Part shown: piece by piece, positions 56,413-64,000 of the stretch
Position numbering within the stretch: the first letter of the stretch is position 1
How the letters are laid out: each line of letters opens with the position of its first letter
Origin: Roseburia sp.
Lineage (GTDB): Bacteria; Bacillota; Clostridia; Lachnospirales; Lachnospiraceae
Assembly (NCBI GenBank): GCA_023662875.1
Contig: JAMPIG010000002.1
Span: forward strand, 54,597 to 118,596
Length of the DNA stretch: 64,000 bases
Direction: 5' to 3'
Notes under the pieces: generated by a model
What the model was told of the DNA's origin: nothing
Seen by the model: only the letters and a program-made list of their open reading frames with translations
Database searches by the model: none
Translations under genes and position numbers: made by a program

Positions 56413-57971
56413 GGATACTGATCGTAGGGGAAAATCGCGGCTATGAGGATTTGATACGGGCCACGTCTGCGGGAAAACAGTGTCGGATAAATTTTATGGG
56501 ATATCAGGAGGCACTGGAGATTTCTTTTTCTGCACCTTTGGTGTTTGTGGAGGCAAAGGTGGGGGATCCTCTGGGCTTTAATGTGGGAAGGACAATTTTG
56601 CGGCACTTTCCGGAAACAAATCTGATCTTTTTAATGAAGGAATGTCTTTTTGAATACTCCATGGCGGCTATGCGTATGGGCGCGAAAAATATTCTGGTGG
56701 ATCAGGAGATTAATCCGGAATCTATGGAACAGCTTCTGGAGCGATACGGAGACCTGAAAGAGGATGTGGGGCGCGAAGCGGCGGACAGAAATTTTGAGCG
56801 TATGATTTTCCGGCATAATGACGGGGAAGAGAGAGATTGGAGCATCCGGGCGCTGAATGATATCTTTGGCATGAAGGACGGAGAAAAGAGCTTTTATGTA
56901 ATGATCGTTACCAGCCTGACCTTTGTCCAGAATCAGCTGAAAGAGGATCCCATGAGCAGAAAGGTTTCCTGCGAAAGGGTGAAGGAGCGTCTGAGGCAGT
57001 ATCGAGGCCCGTTTTTTTCGATCCCCTTTGTCTTCTATGTGGATCAGCAGTTTTATATGGTTGTATTATGCCGGGAGGATGGCCTGCCGGAGGAGCCGAA
57101 AAAAAGGATTGAGCTGCTGCAGGAGCGGATTTACGGAGAGGGTCTGGAAGTATTGGGGGAGGATCAGATGATCCTGAGCTCCGGAGAAAAGGAAGACTTT
57201 CGACAATTCGGAGAATGCCTGGATGAATTGGAGCAGATGAAGGAATCCATGCACTGCGGCAGCTATCCCTATATGGTGAGTCGGTATAACAATAGTATTA
57301 AAAACCGTAGTCGTAAAAGGGAGCAAAATCCTGACGAGTGGATCGAGACTGGCCGGAAAGCGCTGGAGATCATGGAGGCGGGCGGCGAATACGAAGCTCA
57401 GATCCGGAAATTGTTTTCTCTGGAAAGTATGGAGGAAATTACCTTTTCACAGTTTATGAAGGTGAAAAAGAGTATGGCGTTTGAGCTGGAATCCTTTTAT
57501 AAAAGGATGCAGGGAGAGATTACGGATGGAAGGCAGGTTGAGGAAGAGCTGGAAAAGCTGCAGCCGTACTGTAATTATATATATGCGAGGGAGCAAATCC
57601 TGAAGATTGCGTCAATGCTGACGGAGCGCTGCGTGAAAAGGTATCATCCACTGGTGGCTCAGTGTATCCGCCGGATATCGGAAACCTACGCTTCCGATAT
57701 CAGTCTCCAGGAAATGGCGGATCAGCTGAATATCAGCAGCGTATATCTCAGCTCACTGTTCCGAAAGGAGACAGGAGAGAAGTTCAGCGCATATGTCAAT
57801 CAATACCGGCTTCAGAAGGCCAAGCTGTTGATTGACGGCGGTCAGCCCTTGAATATGGTTTTTGAAGCGGTTGGGTTCTTAAATCAGCAATATTTCAGTA
57901 ATTGTTTTAAAAAGGCTTACGGTATGACGCCCAGCGAGTATAAAAATCGAATGCAGGGTAGAAACCTGTGA
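56409..57971 (+). CDS. YesN-like AraC regulator with a degenerate (pseudo-)receiver domain
   Basis: N-terminal ILIVGEN...VFVEAK...FEYSMAAMRMGA; C-terminal ISLQEMADQLNISSVYLSSLFRKETG...TPSEYK; ATGA overlap with the upstream gene. Confidence 0.85.
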   Translation: MRILIVGENRGYEDLIRATSAGKQCRINFMGYQEALEISFSAPLVFVEAKVGDPLGFNVGRTILRHFPETNLIFLMKECLFEYSMAAMRMGAKNILVDQEINPESMEQLLERYGDLKEDVGREAADRNFERMIFRHNDGEERDWSIRALNDIFGMKDGEKSFYVMIVTSLTFVQNQLKEDPMSRKVSCERVKERLRQYRGPFFSIPFVFYVDQQFYMVVLCREDGLPEEPKKRIELLQERIYGEGLEVLGEDQMILSSGEKEDFRQFGECLDELEQMKESMHCGSYPYMVSRYNNSIKNRSRKREQNPDEWIETGRKALEIMEAGGEYEAQIRKLFSLESMEEITFSQFMKVKKSMAFELESFYKRMQGEITDGRQVEEELEKLQPYCNYIYAREQILKIASMLTERCVKRYHPLVAQCIRRISETYASDISLQEMADQLNISSVYLSSLFRKETGEKFSAYVNQYRLQKAKLLIDGGQPLNMVFEAVGFLNQQYFSNCFKKAYGMTPSEYKNRMQGRNL

Positions 57972-58012
57972 CATAATGAAAGCGTTTCCTTTTGGAAACG
58001 CTTTCATTATGT
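57971..58012. promoter_or_regulatory. Perfect 19-bp inverted repeat whose arms are cre/LacI-type operators; may also be a terminator
   Basis: ACATAATGAAAGCGTTTCC-TTTT-GGAAACGCTTTCATTATGT. Confidence 0.65.
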
Positions 58013-58132
58013 TAATATGCTGAAAAATTATAAAAAATCCTTGATTTTGTTTGTAGAAAAGGGAAAAGCGTTTTTGTAAGATAAAGATACGAAAGGAAAA
58101 TGCCGAAATGCGGCGGAGACAAGGAGGAGAAG

Positions 58133-59170
58133 ATGAGTAAGGTTAAAAAGATGCTGAACATGTTGTTGGCGCTCTGCCTTTGCGCAGGGCTGCTTTCCGG
58201 ATGCGGGGAGAGAAAGGTTGAGGAGGTCAGGGTAAATCAGCCCTCCATTACGCTGGAGGAGGGGCAGTCGTACCAGCTTTCCACGAAGGTTTTGCCGGAG
58301 GACGCTCCGCAGGAGGTAACGTTTGCTGTATCTGATAACGGCGTGGCTACAGTGGATCAGGAGGGAAACATAACCGCTGTCAGCCCGGGGGAAGCGGTCG
58401 TCAAGGTTATGGCGGGCGATAAAGAAGCGAGCTGCATGATTACCGTAGAAGCGAAGCCGGTGGAGAATGCCCCGGAAAATCTGCCGGTGGCGGATGCGGT
58501 CAATGGGTTCAAGCCTTTTGTACCCGGAGGATTACTTGGCGGCGAGGGCGGAGAGTATTATTCGGTTACGGTATCTCCGGTAGAGGATAATGCCGTTATG
58601 TTTTCAGGAAAAGGAGGATTCAGCTGGCCGGATACGGTAAATATGCCGGTTCCCAGCGCTATGGGAGGTTACTATGACGGGGAGCTTGCTCTGGACGGAT
58701 TAACCTTTACTTACAGACTGGATCAGGAAATGGAGTTTGCGGGAGATCACTGGTATGTCGTCGCGTTGGAGGACAGATGTCAGTTATTCAACAGCTGGAA
58801 CGGTGAAGATCCTTCCAAGACGTTATTTATCATGATCGGTTTCGAAGAAGGAAGGGTTTATTTACAGCCGCATTACAGGGATGTGATCGATTTGGGAGAA
58901 AGCTGGAGCTATTTAGGGAAGAGCGAGGGCGTAGAGTATGCCCAGGGTGATACCGTGACGATACGGCTTGAAAAGGCGGAAGAAGGATATTGTATTTATT
59001 TAAACGAACAGTTGCAGACCTTCGACAACATTAATTCTTCCTATATTACAATTATTCCAGAGCTGTTTCCGGAGGAAAAGGTATGGTTAATGGCGGCGGC
59101 CCATATTGGGAACCCTGAGGATCAATATGAGGGAGAGTATGCATTTACTCTGGGGCTTGTCAGAGATTAA
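58133..59170 (+). CDS. Lipoprotein with bacterial Ig-like (Big_2) domain and an unknown C-terminal domain
   Basis: Lipobox LLSGC; ITLEEGQSYQL...SDNGVATVDQEGNITAVSPGEAVV; aromatic-rich C-terminal domain. Confidence 0.8.
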   Translation: MSKVKKMLNMLLALCLCAGLLSGCGERKVEEVRVNQPSITLEEGQSYQLSTKVLPEDAPQEVTFAVSDNGVATVDQEGNITAVSPGEAVVKVMAGDKEASCMITVEAKPVENAPENLPVADAVNGFKPFVPGGLLGGEGGEYYSVTVSPVEDNAVMFSGKGGFSWPDTVNMPVPSAMGGYYDGELALDGLTFTYRLDQEMEFAGDHWYVVALEDRCQLFNSWNGEDPSKTLFIMIGFEEGRVYLQPHYRDVIDLGESWSYLGKSEGVEYAQGDTVTIRLEKAEEGYCIYLNEQLQTFDNINSSYITIIPELFPEEKVWLMAAAHIGNPEDQYEGEYAFTLGLVRD

Positions 59171-59224
59171 CCGGGTAATGACGATATGTCGGAAGACCCG
59201 CGGAGGCGGGTGATTGGAGCGGGC

Positions 59225-60499
59225 ATGAGGAAAACAGGAATTTTAATTTTTATGTTTTTACTGCTTACAGGCTGTCTGACGGCTTGCGGAGAAAAAGACG
59301 GCGTCGGCGACAGGCTGATGATCTGGAGCTATGATACCACGACGACGGAGGCAATGGTAGAGGAGTATCAGAAGATATATCCTGACACGGAGATTGAGAT
59401 AGTGCCTGTGGATGGCAATTCGTATGAACAGCTGCTTCAGACAGCGCTTTTTGCGGAATCTGAGGTTCCGGATATTATCTGGGGGGATTACTTCAGCAGA
59501 GGGAAAATCTTTTCGCTGGATATCTGCGAGGATCTGTCGCAAGCTCCGTATCAGCTGGATACGAGCCTGGTCAGCCCCTGGGTGCTGGAGCTTTGCCGGG
59601 ATGAGGAAGGAGCGCTTCTGGGGATCGAAAGCGGGCCCGCTCCTACAGGCTTATTATTCAAGCGGGATATTTGCAGGAAATATCTGGGAACGGACAATGA
59701 GGAAGAGCTTTCCGCCATGTTTTCAACATGGGATGGTTTTCTGGAAGCTTGCTGGACGATTTATAACGAAAGCAATCACGAGGTGATTCCTTTCGCCAGC
59801 CTGGGGGATGTGTACTGCGTTGTAGTGGGTATGCTGAACATCCCGTATATGGTTGACGGGGAACAGAATATTGAAAAGGTTTGTGACGGAGTGTTTCCTC
59901 TGATGGAAATTTTTATGAAGGAAGGTCTGTGCGGAAGGATAGATCAGTGGACAGCGGCTTATTACAGCTCCTATAACAATGATAAATATGCTTTTCATAT
60001 CTGTCCGGCATGGTGTCCTGACTATCATATTAAGGAAAATGCCCCGGATCAGGCAGGAAATCTGGGGATCTGTCTGCCTGCAGGCGGGAAAATGTTCAGT
60101 TTCGGGGGAACCAGTTTCAGTATTTATAAAGGCTCGAAAAACAAGGAAGGGGCATGGCGGTTTATTGAGTGGACGCTTTTAAGTGAAGAGGGACAGAGGA
60201 ATGTACAGGCAAATCTGATTTCCCATGGAGGAAGCGGAGGAATTGGAACCCTTGCCACATTATATAAAGACCCTATGTATGATCGGGAGGATGCCTTTTT
60301 TGGCGGACAGAATATCCTGAAATTCTTTTCGGAGAATATGGATAAAGTGAACGGTCGGCCGGTGACAAAGTATGATACGGCATTTGGGGATTCCCTTGGA
60401 CTGGTATTGAATTCCATGAAAAACGGCTTGTCTGCGGAGGAATGTAAAAATAATGTGATGGCGGAGCTGAAGCTGAAGCTGCCGGAGCTTTTCGAGTAG
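59225..60499 (+). CDS. Carbohydrate ABC transporter solute-binding lipoprotein (family 1)
   Basis: Lipobox LLTGC; PDIIW, LLFKRD, GGTSFSI and KEGAWRFIEW. Confidence 0.88.
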   Translation: MRKTGILIFMFLLLTGCLTACGEKDGVGDRLMIWSYDTTTTEAMVEEYQKIYPDTEIEIVPVDGNSYEQLLQTALFAESEVPDIIWGDYFSRGKIFSLDICEDLSQAPYQLDTSLVSPWVLELCRDEEGALLGIESGPAPTGLLFKRDICRKYLGTDNEEELSAMFSTWDGFLEACWTIYNESNHEVIPFASLGDVYCVVVGMLNIPYMVDGEQNIEKVCDGVFPLMEIFMKEGLCGRIDQWTAAYYSSYNNDKYAFHICPAWCPDYHIKENAPDQAGNLGICLPAGGKMFSFGGTSFSIYKGSKNKEGAWRFIEWTLLSEEGQRNVQANLISHGGSGGIGTLATLYKDPMYDREDAFFGGQNILKFFSENMDKVNGRPVTKYDTAFGDSLGLVLNSMKNGLSAEECKNNVMAELKLKLPELFE

Positions 60500-60537
60500 C
60501 GGGGATTCAGAGGCCTTGGAATGAAGTGGAGATTTGA

Positions 60538-61629
60538 ATGAAAAGAATATGGAGAATGGCAGCGGCGATTATGAGTACACTTACTATTTGCGGCAGCCTT
60601 ACCGGCTGCCGGATCCTTTTCGGGGATGGGCAGGATAAGGCTGCGGACAATTTGTCTGAAAATTACGAGACGCGTGTGGATTTTGGAGCTAAATTTGAAC
60701 CAAAGGGAAATTATATCCTTCATGGAGCAGGGCAGGATCAGTCAGGAGTTACCGTCACATTTGACAATTATACGAACATGATGGGTCAGGATAGTATGCC
60801 GGTGATAACGATGGGATATGCGGCTCCCCATCATAACTATGTGGACTGGGCGTCCTATATGAAGAAAGGAATAGAAGCCTACGGAGAAGAAAGCTATCTT
60901 TTTTTGCAGGTAGGGGTTCACTTCAACAGGGACGAGAATCCGGATGAATGTTATTATGACGAGATCGCGGAGGGTAGAATGGATATGGAGCTGAAATCTC
61001 TTATTCTGACACTGAAATCCTTCCAGCGTCCGGTGTTCTGCCGGCCGGGCTTTGAATTTAATGGTGAATGGAACGGATATACGGATGGAGAAATTTATAA
61101 AAAGGCTTTTGCACGCTTCGCGGAGCTGATAGAGGAATGCGAGGCGGAGAACATCGCCTTGCTGTGGTGTTATAACCCGGACGGCGCAGAAAAGGATTAC
61201 ATGAAATATTATCCGGGGGACGACTATGTAGACTGGTGGGCGATCGATATTTTTCGGATCGGGAGCGCTGAATCAGCGGAAACAAAGGCTTTTTTAAATG
61301 ACGCTGTCTTTCATGAGAAACCGGTGATGATTACGGAGGCGACGCCTTACGGATACGACGTTACAAAGGGAGAGGGCTGGGAGGAGTGGTTTGAACCGTA
61401 CTTTCAGTTTATCAGAGAAAATCCTGTAATTAAGGCAACCTGTTATATCAACTGGAAATGGTACGATTATCCTCAGTGGGCGAATTGGGGAGATGCCAGA
61501 TTGGAAGAGGCACCGGAGTCTCTTGCCGAAAAATATCGGGAAGAATTAGGGGATCCGGTTTATTTACATGCGGGAGAGAAAGAAGACATGATCGATTGCC
61601 TGTATGATTGCAGGGATTACGGAAAGTGA
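60538..61629 (+). CDS. GH26 family glycoside hydrolase lipoprotein (catalytically intact)
   Basis: Lipobox SLTGC; RPGFEFNGEW (acid/base Glu), YYPGDDYVDWWAID and KPVMITEAT (nucleophile). Confidence 0.85.
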   Translation: MKRIWRMAAAIMSTLTICGSLTGCRILFGDGQDKAADNLSENYETRVDFGAKFEPKGNYILHGAGQDQSGVTVTFDNYTNMMGQDSMPVITMGYAAPHHNYVDWASYMKKGIEAYGEESYLFLQVGVHFNRDENPDECYYDEIAEGRMDMELKSLILTLKSFQRPVFCRPGFEFNGEWNGYTDGEIYKKAFARFAELIEECEAENIALLWCYNPDGAEKDYMKYYPGDDYVDWWAIDIFRIGSAESAETKAFLNDAVFHEKPVMITEATPYGYDVTKGEGWEEWFEPYFQFIRENPVIKATCYINWKWYDYPQWANWGDARLEEAPESLAEKYREELGDPVYLHAGEKEDMIDCLYDCRDYGK

Positions 61630-61637
61630 GGAGAATT

Positions 61638-62570
61638 ATGGCATCTTCCGACAGAAAAAGCCATCGGACAAATAGAATAGCGCCGTATCTGTTTTGCGCT
61701 CCTTTTTTTATTACTTATTGTGTGTTTACCCTGTTTTCTATGGCTTTTACTTTTGTACTGAGTTTTACGGACTGGAACGGGTTTGGCAGGATTGAGTTTA
61801 TTGGACTGAAAAACTATGCCCGTATGTTTAATCTGTCTGCAGATCCCCGCTTCCTGCAAACCCTGCTGAACACAGCGGTCATCGTAGTAATGACCGTGCC
61901 TGCGGGAATATTTCTGGCGCTGTTTTTATGTTACTTTCTGCAGAAGAGGACGGTCAGGAGGAAACATATTTTTCGGGTTTTGTTTTACTTACCGGCGCTG
62001 ATGACGGCGGTAGCGGTAGGGCTTCTCTGGGCTACGCTTTTTGACTATGAAAGCGGTACGGTCAACTGGCTGCTGAAGGCGCTGCGAATTTCGGCGGGCG
62101 GTATTAATTGGATGGGAAGCGCCTGGGGATGCAGGCTCGTTCTGGCAATTCTGATCGTCTGGTCAAGCTTTGGAAGTACCATGCTCTTTTTTTCATCGGC
62201 ATTGACGTCGGTGTCGGATGATGTGGTGGACGCGGCCCGGATGGACGGCGCGGGATCAGTAAAAATATACTGCAGGATCTGTATCCCTATGATCAGCGAC
62301 GTGATGATATTTGTAATTATTACCAGCCTGATTAATTCATTTCAGCTGTATGATGCGCCGGTGATGCTTTTCAGCTCAGGCCCATCCGGAGGTCTGCCCT
62401 ACGGAGGGGTAGACAGAAGCTGTCTGACGATGGTGATGCTGATTATGGACGAAGCTTTCAGCAATATGCATTATGGCTACGCAGCGGCGCTTTCCTACGG
62501 TATGTTTCTTTTTATCTCGTTTTTTTCATTTATCAGCGTCAGGCTTATGACCAGGGAGAAGGCGGCGTAA
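61638..62570 (+). CDS. Carbohydrate ABC transporter permease
   Basis: PYLFCAP, FIGLKNY, EAA-like DAARMDGAG; 6 TM segments. Confidence 0.92.
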   Translation: MASSDRKSHRTNRIAPYLFCAPFFITYCVFTLFSMAFTFVLSFTDWNGFGRIEFIGLKNYARMFNLSADPRFLQTLLNTAVIVVMTVPAGIFLALFLCYFLQKRTVRRKHIFRVLFYLPALMTAVAVGLLWATLFDYESGTVNWLLKALRISAGGINWMGSAWGCRLVLAILIVWSSFGSTMLFFSSALTSVSDDVVDAARMDGAGSVKIYCRICIPMISDVMIFVIITSLINSFQLYDAPVMLFSSGPSGGLPYGGVDRSCLTMVMLIMDEAFSNMHYGYAAALSYGMFLFISFFSFISVRLMTREKAA

Positions 62571-62637
62571 GGAGAGCCTGAGGGCATCGCAACAAATTCT
62601 GCGAACGGGCGCGCTGAAACGCGTAAGGGGTATATAC

Positions 62638-63462
62638 ATGAAAAAGAAAAAGATGTTTGAGAAGGGGACGGCATATGGCATTTTGGGACTTTTTGCCATA
62701 TCTACGCTGTTTCCGTATTACTGCATGATTGTTATGGGGACGCACAGCAATGCCGGTCTGTTTTCCGGTCTGAAACTCTGGTTCGGAGACAGTCTGAAGG
62801 AGAATTTTACGCGGCTGGTGGAGTCAGGATATATCCGGTATTTTCTGAATTCGCTTATAATTGCCGTACCCGCGACAATATTGACGCTGCTTTCCGGCTC
62901 TATGGGAGGATATGCGCTGGCGAAGTATCAGTTCCGAGGAAAAAGGTTTTTGATATCTTTCGTATATATTACGCTGATGCTTCCGGGATCTCTCGGCACG
63001 ATCGCATGGGTCTGGGAGATGAAAAAATTTGGTTGGATCGATACCTATCTGCCCTTTATTATTCCGGCCATGGGAAATACGTATGCGGTTTACTGGTTTA
63101 TGCAGTTGTCAAAGGGGGCTATCCCGGATGAAATTCTGGACAGCGCCAGAGTGGACGGGGCGGGCGAATACTGTATCTTTTTCCGCATTGCGTCGCCTCA
63201 TCTGCTGGCGGGGGCGGCATCCCTGGGACTGCTGAATTTTGTGGGGGCATGGAACAGCTATCTGGGGCCTTCCCTGATTCTGAAGAAGCAAAGGCTATAT
63301 ACCGTACCGATCGGCATCGCTACTATGGGATCGCAGTTTCGGTCGGAGTACAGCACGCAGATATTGGGAATGACTATTGCGGCGATCCCGCTGATTCTTT
63401 TGTTTGCCTGTACATCCCGCTATTTTGTGGCGGGTATTGTAGGAGGCTCGGTAAAAGGGTAG
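62638..63462 (+). CDS. Carbohydrate ABC transporter permease
   Basis: FLNSL, GYALAKYQFRG and DSARVDGAGEY (EAA motif). Confidence 0.92.
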   Translation: MKKKKMFEKGTAYGILGLFAISTLFPYYCMIVMGTHSNAGLFSGLKLWFGDSLKENFTRLVESGYIRYFLNSLIIAVPATILTLLSGSMGGYALAKYQFRGKRFLISFVYITLMLPGSLGTIAWVWEMKKFGWIDTYLPFIIPAMGNTYAVYWFMQLSKGAIPDEILDSARVDGAGEYCIFFRIASPHLLAGAASLGLLNFVGAWNSYLGPSLILKKQRLYTVPIGIATMGSQFRSEYSTQILGMTIAAIPLILLFACTSRYFVAGIVGGSVKG

Positions 63463-63472
63463 GAAACAGAAT

Positions 63473-64000
63473 ATGAACAGAGCGTATGCCAAAAAGGCGG
63501 CGAAAGCGCTGGTCGCGCAGATGACATTGGAGGAGAAAGCTTCCCAGCTTCTCTACAATTCCCCGGCCATAGAGCGGCTTGGGATAAAGGAATATAACTG
63601 GTGGAACGAGGCGTCCCATGGTGTGGCGAGGGCAGGCACAGCGACGGTATTTCCACATGCGGTCGCCATGGCGGCAACTTTCGACCCCGCGATGATAAAA
63701 ACGGTTGGGGAGGCAGTGGCGGAGGAAGCCAGAGCAAAGTATAATGAGAACAGGAAAGAGGGAGATCGGGATATTTATAAGGGGTTGACTTTCTGGACGC
63801 CAAACCTGAATATCTTTCGGGATCCCCGTTGGGGAAGAGGACAGGAAACCTTTGGGGAGGATCCTTATCTTACCGCTGTAATGGGCTGCGAATATATAAA
63901 CGGCCTGCAGGGGGAGGGAGAGTTCCTGAAATCCGCCGCCTGCGCCAAGCACCTGGCCGCGCACTCCGGGCCGGAAGCCCTGAGGCACAGCTTTGATGCG
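63473..64000 (+). CDS. GH3 beta-xylosidase-like glycoside hydrolase (5' part, runs off the window; absent from the ORF track)
   Basis: MTLEEKASQL...YNWWNEASHGVARAG, GLTFWTPNLNIFRDPRWGRGQETFGEDP and KHLAAHSGPE. Confidence 0.9.
   Translation, partial: MNRAYAKKAAKALVAQMTLEEKASQLLYNSPAIERLGIKEYNWWNEASHGVARAGTATVFPHAVAMAATFDPAMIKTVGEAVAEEARAKYNENRKEGDRDIYKGLTFWTPNLNIFRDPRWGRGQETFGEDPYLTAVMGCEYINGLQGEGEFLKSAACAKHLAAHSGPEALRHSFDA

Overview
This 64 kb window looks like chromosomal DNA from a GC-rich, spore-forming, Lachnospiraceae-like gut Firmicute (inferred from gene content). Core genes include tilS-hpt-ftsH, cca, HU, yabO-yabP-yabQ-divIC-spoIIE, perR-rubrerythrin, an M3 oligopeptidase and a PrsA-like foldase. 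Accessory content includes a YtrA/ABC exporter operon, GH3 and GH13 enzymes, a two-component module, two MATE transporters and an AAA-PD-(D/E)XK gene. There are three AT-richer accessory segments: an orphan DUF6572-like gene, a tyrosine recombinase-SGNH-MBOAT islet next to an LTA-synthase-family gene, and a carbohydrate-utilisation locus at 55.4-64 kb. I found no rRNA, tRNA, CRISPR array, transposase or reverse transcriptase. The best candidate for an undescribed system is at the head of the carbohydrate locus. There, a cytoplasmic GH26 paralogue with Gly in place of the catalytic acid/base Glu is translationally coupled to an AraC regulator whose receiver domain has lost its phosphorylation residues, and no kinase gene is nearby. 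This suggests a pseudoenzyme-sensor / pseudo-receiver switch. Other notable items are a 4 x 51 bp in-frame array of rubrerythrin 3' ends with covarying junction hairpins, a three-hairpin C-rich sRNA candidate after ftsH, and a 140 bp MITE-like element. All family assignments come from motifs read by eye; no database searches were run.
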